Below are positions 49,083 through 60,482 of a DNA stretch of 64,000 nucleotides, piece after piece. The translations under genes were made by a program, and so were the position numbers. The DNA is from Mobula hypostoma (lineage: Eukaryota). Position 1 is the stretch's first letter. Each line of letters starts with the position of its first letter. The notes below the pieces were generated by a model that did no database searches, was not told where the DNA came from, and saw only the letters and a program-made list of their open reading frames with translations. The stretch covers positions 133,612,001 through 133,676,000 of the forward strand of contig NC_086097.1 in NCBI RefSeq assembly GCF_963921235.1, written 5' to 3'.

Positions 49083-51365
49083 TCACATGGGTGCGAGTCG
49101 TTTAATTACTCCTTCGGGGATTAAGGGAGAGACCTTATCAGTAGACCTGGCCAAAACAATAGCCTTCTCCCATCTGACCGATCCCATCCTAATCTTTTCA
49201 AAATGGTTTTTTCCTCTTAGCAGGGGGCCCCTAGCTTCATTGATTTCCACGCTAACACCGACTAGGTTTGTTAGCATATCAAAAGCCGGTGACCGTCTCA
49301 GTTCGCGTCGGTCATGATCAATAACATTTTTCCCCCTGGGCAGCCGGTAACTCTCTTTCATGATTCCACCAACTGTTTCCTCCAGCACCGCAAAATGTCC
49401 ACCGGGGGGTACCTCGTGGGCCATGTTAAAAACCTCATCCCCATAACTCTTTTGCACCACCCCCCACTCCTCATCTGCGGATACTGTCCTTGATTTCCCT
49501 TTCTTCCTTAGCACCTCCTCATCCGCACAATAGCTTGTCAAGGCTGTGTCAGAGAGAGCGGTCTCGGCAAAAACCATCAGCCCCTCGTCTCGCTCCTGCG
49601 TCTGCACAAATTCTTTCCTGGCTACTGCTACGTCCGTCCCAGCTCCCTCACTACCTCTTATCTCACTACACCCTGTCTCATACAAGGTTGGCAGAAATGT
49701 TTCAGCCAAATTCACCATCGCGGGCGGGGCCTCCATGCTGGCAGGCTGACCCGTCAATCTCACGACTGGGAACACGATTCCTCCGGCGATGTCATTACCG
49801 AGCAAGACTTCCACGTCTTTCATCGGTAATTCGGACCTCACCCCGATCGTGACTAGTCCAGAGACCAGGTTGCTCTGTAAATGTATCTGGTGCAAAGGGA
49901 CAGAGTCAGTCCCTTCCCCAACACCTTTGACCTCTACCTCCCCAGTCTGGGTCTCTGAGCTAAACTCTAATACACTCTTCAATATCAATGACTGACACGC
50001 TCCCGTGTCTCTCCAGATCCGCACTGGAACTGGTTTTAACCTCTTTTTCACTGACACCAGTCCGGCCGAGATAAACCTCTCGCGCCCTTCCTGGACTTTT
50101 TCAGACCTGTCCTTCCCTAGCGGTTCGCTTAACAGCTCGATACAGCCATTCAAAATTTCCGCTTTTCCTTTCCCCGTCTCCTTCCTTGGGGCAAAGCACC
50201 TGGACGCAAAGTGTCCGACTTTCCCACAATTATAACAGACGACCCCAGGAGACTTCCTACCAGACTGCTCCCGGTCTACCTTATCCTTTTCACTAGTCCC
50301 CGGCTTACTTTCTGACTTTTCCGGTGGACTCTCCCCGCCGTCCTGACTACCCTTCTGGTAGCCTTTACTCGGGGCAACCTTCATTTTATGCGTCAACGCA
50401 TACTCATCCGCTAACTTAGCAGTTGCGGCTAACGTGGCTGCCTCTTTCTCATCGAGGTAGGGTCTCATACCCTCAGGGACACAACCTTTAAACTGCTCAA
50501 TCAGAATCAGCTGCAGCAGTCTGTCATAATCCCCCTCTACCCCTTTCGAGGCGCACCAACGCTCACAATATGTTTGCATCTCACGAGCAAACTCCAAATA
50601 CGTGCGGTCCCACCGCTTCCTCGCATTCCGGAACCTCTGCCGGTATGCCTCCGGGACCAACTCATAAATCCTGAGGATGGCCTCCTTCACCACCTCATAC
50701 TTCTGGGCATCTTCCGGGGATAAAGCGGAGTAAGCTTGTTGGGCTTTCCCTTTCAGTACACTCTGAAGTAAAACAACCCACTTATCCCTCGGCCAGTCCT
50801 GACTTATAGTTACTTTTTCGAAGTGGAGAAAGTACCGATCCACATCGGTATCGTCAAATGGGGGAACCAGCCTAACCTCCTGGGTCGCCCGGAACCCTCC
50901 ACCTTGGTTCAACACGAGCCCCTGCTCGGCCCTTATCTTTAACTTCTCCAGCTCAAATTCCCTTTCCCTCTGTTTCTCCTCTCTCTCCAACTGTCTTTCT
51001 CTCTCTTGCCTTTCTAACTCTCTCTCTTTCTCCCGCCTTTCTAACTCTCTCTCCTGCCTTTCTAACTGCTTCTCTTCGTGTTCTAACTGCCGTACCCGGA
51101 ACTCGTGCTCGAGTCTCAGTTTTTCAAGCTGTACCTGTACCGCGTCTCCAGCAGGTTTTTCAATAGACACCTCCCCCAGCTCACCTTGGGGAAACACACC
51201 TTTAGTTACATAGTGCTCTACAATAGCTCTGTGTATCTCCTCTCTCCTCATTGTCGACTTCACCTTAGCAAGATTCACCCGTTTGGCCACAGCTATCAAT
51301 TCCGATTTCCTGGCATCCTCTAATGCCTCCAAGGTCGGCGCCTTTATAAATTCCTCAACCTCCAT
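49083..51365 (-). CDS. 760-aa Gag (coiled coil, SCAN-like capsid domain, CCHC)-protease polyprotein with truncated pol tail
   Basis: LVPPFDDTDVDRYFLHFEK, YELVPEAYRQRFR, LLQLILIEQF, CYNCGKVGHFASRC, protease RDTGA...LLGND, integrase zinc-binding remnant AHEVPPGGH. Confidence 0.9.
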   Translation of the reverse strand: MEVEEFIKAPTLEALEDARKSELIAVAKRVNLAKVKSTMRREEIHRAIVEHYVTKGVFPQGELGEVSIEKPAGDAVQVQLEKLRLEHEFRVRQLEHEEKQLERQERELERREKERELERQERERQLEREEKQREREFELEKLKIRAEQGLVLNQGGGFRATQEVRLVPPFDDTDVDRYFLHFEKVTISQDWPRDKWVVLLQSVLKGKAQQAYSALSPEDAQKYEVVKEAILRIYELVPEAYRQRFRNARKRWDRTYLEFAREMQTYCERWCASKGVEGDYDRLLQLILIEQFKGCVPEGMRPYLDEKEAATLAATAKLADEYALTHKMKVAPSKGYQKGSQDGGESPPEKSESKPGTSEKDKVDREQSGRKSPGVVCYNCGKVGHFASRCFAPRKETGKGKAEILNGCIELLSEPLGKDRSEKVQEGRERFISAGLVSVKKRLKPVPVRIWRDTGACQSLILKSVLEFSSETQTGEVEVKGVGEGTDSVPLHQIHLQSNLVSGLVTIGVRSELPMKDVEVLLGNDIAGGIVFPVVRLTGQPASMEAPPAMVNLAETFLPTLYETGCSEIRGSEGAGTDVAVARKEFVQTQERDEGLMVFAETALSDTALTSYCADEEVLRKKGKSRTVSADEEWGVVQKSYGDEVFNMAHEVPPGGHFAVLEETVGGIMKESYRLPRGKNVIDHDRRELRRSPAFDMLTNLVGVSVEINEARGPLLRGKNHFEKIRMGSVRWEKAIVLARSTDKVSPLIPEGVIKRLAPM

Positions 51366-51441
51366 TTCTGCTGTTTGTCTTTTCTTTCTTTCGGGAATTT
51401 TAACCCAATCAATTTACTCCGTCCCAAATTTAGCGTTCAAA

Positions 51442-51460
51442 ATCGCGGACGAGAACCCCA
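51442..51460 (-). promoter_or_regulatory. tRNA-Pro-like primer-binding site
   Basis: Minus-strand tggggttctcgtccgcgat, 4 nt after the 5' LTR, versus the canonical Pro PBS TGGGGGCTCGTCCGGGAT. Confidence 0.7.
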
Positions 51461-52706
51461 CTTATGTTACGTACCCCGTAACTGGGTTGCCAAACCAGCA
51501 GAAATGGATCACTCAGTTGGAGTCTGGAGTACTAGAACTAAGAAAGTTTTATTACAGAAACAAGCAACACAGTAATCGAAAGGATAATAAATGCAACAGT
51601 TCAGTGATGATAAACACACATGTGCACAGAATTAAGATAACAGCATCAATCAAGCTCTATCGTTGTCTAGGGGTAAATGACCAATTTCAAAATGACTCAA
51701 AGTTCAGTCCAGTTTAGTAGTTCAGTTCGCAGTAATCGTTGCCATGGCGGTGGACAACGTGGGGGAAGAGAGAGATAGAATAGGAACAACTCATCATTCA
51801 GAACGGCTTCACTCACAGACCAGCAAGATGGCTCACAAACAGCTTTTGGGCGGGTCCTTGGTGATGTCACCTGAGGTCACCGACTGTGACCCCTCCTCCA
51901 GATGCGGTCGATCCTCTGCAGTGAACCCGGCACCCAGGCAAGGGCGGACACACACCGGGTTCCCGCTGATCGTACCTTTCCACCCTGTGCGTTGTCCGGT
52001 ACTTCTCACCACTCGTGAGAGGCGCACCGCTTCCAGGGTCTCGTTACCTCGGGTGGCGTGTGTGTCGTCTTAGCGAACCTGTCCCTTTTTATCCCCCTGC
52101 TGGGGTATCGCCTGTCCATCACTTCAAACAGTTCAGGGTTCAAAGGGGGGAGCCGCTCCAGACAGCTCTTCCTCCCACATCCCCTCATTACACATCCCCA
52201 GACGCTGCTCCATTGTTCCTTATCTCTCCTTCCCCTGAGGGCAGGTGGCAGACCAACTGCTGATGCCACTGATGCTAGCCCAGGCCAGCAAACATCTTAA
52301 TTTTATGTGTATTCTCGTAACACTTGACATAAATCGAAGACACTGGTGAGGTGGCATCTAAACTATTGTGCACTCAGTTTTGGTTACCTTGTCAATAAAC
52401 TGGAAAGAGCGCAAAAGGAGATTGATGAAAATGTTACCATAGCTCGAGGGTCTGCCTTATGGGGTTAATAGACATTTGGACACATGTATCGATAGGAAGG
52501 GAATGTGGGCCAATTATGGACAAGTTGAACTAGCTGAGATGGGGACCTTGTTTGGCATGGATGAGTTGAGCTGAAGAGCCTGTTTCTGTGCTATATTAAG
52601 TTGGTAAGTTGGTTTATTATTGTTGCATATACCAAAGTGCATTGAAAATTTTATTGTGTGTACATCCGTACAGATTATTTCATTACAGCACTGCATTGAG
52701 TTAATT

Positions 52707-53016
52707 GGGTGGCTCAGCAGCAGAGTGGTTAGCATAACTCTTTACAGTGCCCGCAGTCAGAGTTCAATTCCCACCACTGTCTGTAAGGAGTTTGTACAAA
52801 CTTCCCGACACCTCATGGGTTTCCTCTGGGTGCTCCGGCCTCCTCCCATTTTCCAAAGACTTGCGTGTTAGTAAGTTGTGTGCACACCATGCTGTGCCAA
52901 AAGCATGGTGACCCTTGTGGGCTTCCCTCAGCACATCCGCAGACTGTGTTCATCCTTGATACCAATGATGCATTTCACTGTATGTCTCAATGTAGGCGTG
53001 GCGCTTAAAATTAATC
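52707..53016 (+). mobile_element. tRNA-derived SINE with Rex/Babar-type tail, inserted in a minus-strand LINE 3' UTR
   Basis: gggtggctcagcagcagagtggttagc...gagttcaattccc head, core gggtttcctctgggtgctccgg, tail atgcatttcactgtatg. Confidence 0.75.
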
Positions 53017-53747
53017 TAATATATAAGACAAAACATTAACAAAATAGAAATTAATGTGTTACAGTTACAGAGAAAGTCAAGGGCAAACAGACAGTAAGAT
53101 GCAAGGCCACAACAAGGTAGATTGGGAGTACCACAGTCCATCTTATTGTTCTCAATTGACTTACAACAGAAGCTGGTTTTGAACCCGGTGGCATGTGCTT
53201 TCGGGTTTTTGTATCTTCTACCTGAGGAGAGGGGGGTAGAAGAGAGAATGAGCAAGGTGGGTGGAGTCTTTAATTATGCTGTCTTTTTTTTTAACCAAGG
53301 CAGCAAGAAATATGGTCAGTCTTCGTGGAGGGCAGGCCAGCTTCCTTGACGGGCTGGGCCACACCCACAGCCTCCTGCAGTTTCTAGTGGTCTTGGGCAG
53401 AACAGTCACAGAACAAAGCCATGATGCAGTGAAGTGAAGGTCAAAGGGGACATTTCAACCTCCTGGTGTGCTTTCCTGGCAGTGGTTCTGTGACAACGAT
53501 GTGAACGGAGCCAGTGTGATCAGTGGAAACCACACAACCATGGTGAGAAAGTTGCAACTCCACACAGACGGCCGTCGAGCCTGGGGTTTGACCAAGTCCC
53601 TGGAACTGTGGGGCAGCATCACTAACCGCTGTACCAAAGTGTTGCAACCCGTGGCTGTATGCTGGAGTGGGAGGAGAAGCCTTAAGTGTAGGAATGTCTC
53701 AGATATTCCCAACAGGGAATGACCTGCAGAGTTCCCACTGGGAACAG

Positions 53748-54368
53748 TTCTCTCTCTCTCCCTCACCCCCGTCTCTCTCTCGACCCCCCTTGCCCCCCCT
53801 CTCACCCCCTCACCTCCCCTCTCTCTCTCACCCCCCCTCACCTCCCCTCTCTCTCTCACCCCCCTCTCTCGCCCCCCCTGTCTCACCTCCCCTCTCTCTC
53901 TCGCCCCCCCGAACCCCCTCACTCTCACCTCCCCCTCTCTCTTGCCTCCCTCTCTCTCTCGTCTCCCTCTCTCTTTCGACCCCCCCTTGCCTCCCCTCTC
54001 TCGCCCCCCTCACCTCCCCTCTCTCTCTCTCACCCCCCTCTCGCCCCCCTCTCACCTTCCCTCTCTCTCTCGCCCCCTCTCTCGCCCCCTCTCGCCTCTC
54101 TCTCTCACCCCCCTCTCTCGCCCCCCCCGGACCCCCTCACTCTCACCTCCCCTCTCTCTCTTGCCTCCCTCTCTCTCTCGTCTCCCTCTCTCTCTCTCTC
54201 ACCCCCCTCGACTCTCTCTCTCTCTCTCTCGCCCCCTCTCTTTCACCCACCTCTCTCTCGCCCCCCTCACCCTCTCTCTCTCTTGCCCCCCTCACCCCCC
54301 TCTCTCTCGCCCCTCTCCCTCTCCCTCTCTTCCCCCTCTCACTCTCCTGTCCTCTCCTTCTCTCTCAC

Positions 54369-54411
<43 letters not shown>

Positions 54412-54417
54412 TTCCTT
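53748..54417. repeat. ~670-bp C/T-rich low-complexity tract with internal duplications
   Basis: Almost purely pyrimidine on the plus strand. Blocks ~53900-53975 and ~54119-54190 repeat each other. Confidence 0.95.
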
Positions 54418-55838
54418 TAAGACCTTCTTAAAGCCTACATCATGCCAAACTTCAGGTTGAGATTACAGTCATGTGTACAAGTACAGTGAGTTATAGGTAG
54501 AGTGAAAACTTTGTTTGTAGCAGCTTCATAGGCACACAGATTTGGACCATGCACAGAATATAAATTATGCATAAGTTATACATAAATTATACAAAAAGCT
54601 GTGCAAAAAAGCATAATCTGAGACAACGTCATTACTGAAGGTTTTTGAACATCAAATCCATTTACCTTTGACAGATAGAATAAAGTAAGAAACAATTTAT
54701 GTCTGCTGTTTTAATTTTAAATTACTTTTTCTTTGAACATCAACTGGTGATCTGTAGAGGGAAAAGGGCAGGTGACATTTCAAGTCTAGACAGTTCAGGC
54801 GAAGGGTCTTGACCTAATCTGTCAATTGTCCATTTTGCTGTACAGACGCTGCCTGACAGGCTGAGTTCTTCCAGCTCTTTGCTCCAGATTCTGGGACCTG
54901 CATTCTCTTGTGTCTCCAACAAGTGGTGGTGTCTGAGGAAGGAAATTGCAAAAAACAAATGCACTGGATGAAGTTTCAATCTTCAACCAGCATTCACCTT
55001 TAGTGTTGTTTACTAACAAAAGTTTGATTTTTAAAAAACCTACTTGCTGCAGCATCACAGGCATATAGAATTAAAGATGCATTCACAAGGAAAACAAATA
55101 TTAAACATAATTTATACAAGAAAGAAAACAGAATTAAAGTAAGTCTGTTTTATGGCAAAGTGGTCGTTGTGTTTCTATGCTGAGGCAGTGATTGGGGAAG
55201 ATGTCAGAGAAGTGGTTAGCGAGGAACTTCTGCTGGTGTATGACTGAAGTTTCCACGGGGATCGGCGCGCTGTGAAAAGGCTGCTGCAGTCTCTGCTGCT
55301 CTCTAGTGAAGAAGGAAGGATGGCTCCAGCTGGCCAGATCAGCTGAGATCTGGAGATTGGAAGTGGTTCCACCTAGTGGCACCTCTTTGATTTACAGGCC
55401 AAGAGGTCTTTCAGTAAGAGCAGTTACGGAAATAGGCATGAAAAATAGAAACAGGAAAACCTGGTGCAAATCAAAAATGAGTACAGATTATGGATATATT
55501 TCAAATCACAAGAAGAGGCAGGCTGTTTATTTTAAACCAACAGGCGCAACTCTAATCACTGGAGTTTAGAAACACAATGACCACTCTGCCCTGAAATGGA
55601 CAATCTTTGTTTTAATTGTGTTCTCTCTTGTAAAAGTTGTTAAGTATATGGTTAATTTATGTTTTTTGTGAATGCTGCTCATATGATGCTGGGGCCTGTG
55701 ATGCCTCGGCAAGTACATTTTTAGTTGCACCTGGGTGTACATGACAATAAACTGGACTTTGACTACTCAACCACTTGTAATTGGAATCACCATGCTCATG
55801 CTGATATTATGTATCATACATGGGTGCTTAACTGTTAG

Positions 55839-56049
55839 ATACAGAAGACGTCCTGGTCATCCACTGCGCCTAGTCCCATCTCCAGCCGTCTCGACACTCT
55901 CTTGCCACTGGATCCAGATGGGAATTGGGAAGAGAGAGTGAGGCTGACGCTGCGCAACTCTCCCTCACTTAAATCCAAATCACGCGCTAGTCTCGACATC
56001 ATCATAATGGTGTCGAGGTCCTCATCGACGTCAATGATGGACAAACAAC
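55839..56049 (+). mobile_element. 211-bp young retroposon (probably RTE-related SINE or 3' end) with CAA tail
   Basis: TSD aactgttag at 55830-55838 and 56050-56058. Tail ggacaaacaacaac. CpG-rich; terminal stem-loops. Confidence 0.75.
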
Positions 56050-57019
56050 AACTGTTAGTACGCTCAGAAATTTGTGGGTTTGAATCCCATTCTAGAGACT
56101 GGACCAGGTAATTCAGATTGACTTGCTTGGCAGAGGGAGTGCTGCACTTTTGGAGGAGTGATTATTTTTGGGTGAAGCATAAAAACCAATATCCTAGTTG
56201 TGAGTTAAGATGTGAGGTATTTGGAAGAATAGCGGGGATTTCCCCAAGGAATGCCATTAAAATAGATTTAATTTTAGTTGCTCTAAATCTGGGGTCTTGC
56301 TGTGCATAGATTGGCTTTCAAGTTTCGGACGTTGTAGTCATCACTGCATTTCAATAGGGCTGGGAGTATTTGAAAATCCTGAGGAATTGTGTGTAAATGT
56401 AATTTTTTTTTGTCCTCTCCGGTTTGGCTTCCTGATGGTTATGGAAACCAAAGATTTTAATACTCATGAGTAGGCCATGCTGGAGAAAATGAAGCTCCGA
56501 AGGCTATGGACCAAAGCTTCCAGTACACTGTCCATGACCCTATAGTTTACATCTCCACAAATACATGTCCAAACACTGCTCAGATGTGATGAGGATTTCA
56601 ATCATTACCAGCCCCTTAGGATGTGTGCTTCAGGGCGCACTAATCTCTGAGTGAAATATTTCCCTTCCTCTCCCTACCAACTGCTTCAAATCTACTTTTC
56701 ACCCTGCCTCTTAGGAAAATGGGTCATTTCTATTTATTTTTATTTAGTAATTGTATATACCTTAATTAAATCCCAGACCAGAAATATCTTGCCCTCCACA
56801 GATGCTGCCTGACCTGCCAAGTGTTGCCTGATTGTCTCAGATTTCCAGCATCAGTTTTGAGGTTTTATTGTATTCTTTTTAAAACATAGAACGTAGAACA
56901 ATAGAGCACAGGAACAGCTCCTTCAGTCCATGGTGTTGTGACAATTTAATTAAGTTAATGGCACCTATCTCTTCTGCCTGCACATGGTCTGTACCCCTCC
57001 ATTCTTAGTTATAAACAAA

Positions 57020-57788
57020 ATCCAGATGTGGGCAGATAAGTGGCAGGTGAAATTTAATGCAAGTAAATGTAAAATGTTACATATAGGAAGTAGAATTATT
57101 AGATATAAATATACAATGGTGGGGTGGGGGGGGGTTTGAGTGAGAAAGTATGAGAAGGATTTGGGCGTCCTGGTAGTCTCATCACTATCATCATCTAGGC
57201 AATGAACAGAAGCGATTAGGAAGGTTAATAGAATGTTAGGCTATATAATGTGCTCAGTGGAGTTCAAGTCTAGAGACGTTCTCCTTCAGCTGTATGAAGC
57301 GCTTGTGAGTCCACATCTTGAGTACTATGTACAATTTTGGTCTCCATATTTTGTGAGAGGCATGAAGGCACTGGAGAGAGTCCAGAAAAGGGCAACAAGA
57401 CTCATTCCAGGTCTACAGGATATGAGCTATGAAGAAAGATTGAAAGAAGTAAATCTTTCCAGCCTAAGTAGATGTAGAATGAGAGGAGACATGATAGAAG
57501 TGTTTAAAATCATTAAGGGTACAAGTAAGGTGGGTCCATCAACGAGGACAAGGGGCCATAGGTTGAGACTGGTTAAAGGGAGATTTCAGACTAACATCAG
57601 GAAGCATTTCTTAACAAAGCGAGTAACATGGACACATGGAACAAACTACCTTGTTGTGTAGTTGGGAGTAGTACCTTAGAGACTTCCAAATCTAAACTTG
57701 ATAGTTATTTCAACACACTATGTGAATAGGAATTTGGCAAGTTTGTTGGGCCGAGCGGCCAGTTCTTGTCAAAAAGTTTCTAATATTC
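57020..57788 (+). mobile_element. CR1 LINE 3' fragment nested in an opposite-strand CR1 3' end
   Basis: LQLYEALVSPHLEYYVQFWSPY...LERVQKRATRLIP...RGDMIEVFKI. Confidence 0.85.
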
Positions 57789-57999
57789 TCTGTATATTCA
57801 CACGCTTATCTAAGAGCCTTGTAAACATCTCTATCATATCTACCTCCACCACTACCCTGGACAGACCATTCCAGGCACCCAGTACTTTTTGTGTAAACAA
57901 GAAACTTGCCCCACACATTCCCTTTGAACTTTACAGCCTCACCCTAAGTACCCTTTAGTATTAGATATCTCGATCTTGGGGAAAAAGATACTGGCACAA

Positions 58000-58632
58000 C
58001 ACTGTTAGATAAGGTGTTGAAGAACATGTTCAGGACAATAGCCTTTATCAGTCAGGGCAATGAGTATAGGTGTTAGAAAACTATGCTGTAGTTACTTAAC
58101 TTATTGGTGAGGCTGCACTTGGAATATCATGTACAGTTTTGGTGATCCTGTTACAGGCAGGATTTTATTAGACTACAAAGAATGCTGAAAACATTTACCA
58201 GAATGTTCTCTACACTTGGGCGCCTAAGGTACAAGAAGAGGTTGTGCAGAATAGGAGTTCATCCCCTGGAATGCAGGAGATTGAGGGGTGACCTGATAGT
58301 TATAAAGTAACATTATGAGGGGCATAGACAAAGTGAAAATACATGTTATTTTCCCCAGAGAGTGGTAAAAATATGAGAGCATAGGTTTAAAAACAGAGGC
58401 AAGAGATTTTAAAGGATCATCATGGGTAGTTTTCTCAGACAGAGGGTGGTGCATATTTGGAATGAGCTGCCAGAAATAATGGTTGAAGCAGGCACATCAG
58501 CAACATTTAAGAGCCATCTAGATAAGTATTTGGATAGAAGAAGTTTAAGGGGCCATGAACCAAGCACTAGAAGATAAGCATGGACAAGTTGGAATAAGGT
58601 ACCTGTTTCTATGCTGCTTCATTCTATGACTC
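58000..58632 (+). mobile_element. Old CR1 LINE 3' fragment ending about 30 bp before the exon acceptor
   Basis: ttggtgaggctgcacttggaatatcatgtacagttttgg, gaggggtgacctgatag; tail ctgtttctatgctg...ctatgact. Confidence 0.75.
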
Positions 58633-58661
58633 TCATATATTTTCTGTTTATCTTCCACTAG

Positions 58662-60227
58662 AAAAGCCTCACAAAAGTTTTCCTTGTGACACAGTGACCG
58701 AGTCACCTTCACTCCTTTGCGACAAGGACAGCTCTTCCACATTTCCTCAGAATGGAACTAAAGAAGACCTTCCAAATCCCACTATTGGGAATAAAGTTTC
58801 TTTAAGTGACATAGCTGGAGTCTTCCCTTCCCATAGGAATGCAGCTTGCTTTTCGGATGCTAAGGGATCCCATGCAGGTTCTGAACGTGGTTCACTCGCT
58901 GAAACAGGTGCACCTTTAGAACAACCTAAACATGAGCTTGTTGGTGTATTGGAAGATGGCCTTCATTCCAATTTACCGCCAAGTTACCAGAATACAGCAA
59001 AGAATAGAGTAATGTCAAGGAATACAGAGTTACCTCAAAATAGCAATGCCTTAAGGACAGCAAAGCCCACACAACATAAAGGGGGAGGCCAGATCTCTGA
59101 TTCAAATAAAACTGGAGAACAAGATGAGTTTCCTTTGGATCTGACCTTGGCATTGTTGAATGATGTTCCTTGCAGAGATAATTTCAATCTGAGGGGCAGG
59201 CTTTCCACACCACCACAGAATACAATGGTCATTCATTTTTGTCAGTTTTGCAGTCACACAACTCTTTATCCTGAAGTTTTATTAATGCATCAACGGATCA
59301 ACCACAAGTTGAACCTCCACATCTCCCCTCCAGAATGTCTTTCGAGGAATAAGTCAAAAGCCAATGGTCATCACCCAGTGGGCATCAGTGGTGTTAGACG
59401 CACGGGTCCTCCTCCTTTATTGAATGGCAAAGAGAGTTCTCCCATGGTTTTCTCTAGAGCAGTTAGCACCTACCAGCCTCGTCCAAGCCAGTCAGCAGCA
59501 CTGAATTCTTCTCCATCATCCTTGGCAACCTCTGGAAAGCCAATTGATTCAGCTCTGTGCAGAACACCCACCCAACCTACAGTCAGAATATCTAGAGGGC
59601 CTGTTTACGATCCTCAGTGGTGTCAGAGAGCAAACAACAACCAGGAACAATGTGGTTTAACTTCAGAATCAAGATCGAGGCCAAATACTGGTTCACAGCA
59701 AAAAATATCACAAGTTGGCAACTTCGGAAAAAGTTTTTTCAGTTCAGCTTCTGTGTTCTTGGGATCTGGCATGCCAATTAGGAGAGTGTCAGAAAGCCAG
59801 GGAATGCTGAAGGAAGCTGGGGAACTAGCACCATGTACTGATCGGCACCAGGCATACCCAACAAACGGTCATGGTAGTCGAAAGCTCAAGGACCAAGCTT
59901 CACCCAAAGATGTCCAGCATGCTCTGTATAAATCTGCCCCTCTGTTTCAGCAGGAGTGCTGGTCAGTAGATACAAGTAAGCTGGGCTTATTTGGGAGTCC
60001 CCCACGAGATGGGAGGACAAACACGCCTCGGGTACATTACTCCAGCCCAGCAAAAGACTCCACATTTGTACACACAGTCAGACAAGTATGGCCTCCAGCA
60101 GTAAGGGAGGTGTCCAAGTGCATAGATCCCATTTACACGCCTCTACCCTACAGAGCTGGAGACTTGTCCACCTTCTACCGTGGCTGGAGAGGTAACCATC
60201 ACTTTTTGTATCCAGCAGAAAAAAGAG
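58662..60227 (+). CDS. ZNF516: ZNF516-like second large coding exon (CtBP-binding PxDLS-like and RRT motifs, one C2H2 finger)
   Basis: Acceptor tttatcttccactag ends at 58661. The phase-1 join gives G|AA AAG CCT, in frame with ORF 58694-60232. PLDLT at 59132-59146, finger CQFCSHTTLYPEVLLMHQRINH, RRTGPPP at 59396-59416. Probable donor AGAG|GTTAGT after 60227. Confidence 0.85.
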
Positions 60228-60482
60228 GTTAGTATTTCAGTCAGGTTTGAAACTCTACAATATGTTTGACCAAATGAGATTTCCTGCCCTTGTCCCACAC
60301 ACATGTACTGCTTCCAGAATCACAATGTTGATCATGTAGCAAAAACAAGGAGAATAGTGACCCTCAATAATAGTGTAACCAAGATGGTATCACTGCCTTT
60401 GGTTTATCTGATATTGACTGGTATTGAATTAATATTGAGAATGTCTGAGATTATTGGGGAGAAAAGCATTCAACAACACCAA

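Larger units (their letters stand above)
47487..52322 (-). mobile_element. Gmr1-like Gypsy LTR retrotransposon with SCAN-type gag, pol-deleted, recent; intronic and antisense to the host gene
   Basis: LTRs at 47487-48364 (878 bp) and 51465-52322 (858 bp), with TGTTACG...CGTAACA ends. 4-bp TSD cttg at 47483-47486 and 52323-52326. PPT aaaggggggaac. Remnant order is protease, integrase N-terminus, RT. Confidence 0.95.

Noticed and set aside
49083..51365. Domesticated SCAN host gene or SCAN-ZNF516 fusion exon
   Set aside because: It lies between near-identical LTRs with PBS, PPT and TSD, and is antisense to the host gene.
53455..54460. Pro/Leu/Ser-rich and Arg/Gly/Glu-rich ORFs
   Set aside because: Translations of a low-complexity tract that lacks stop codons.
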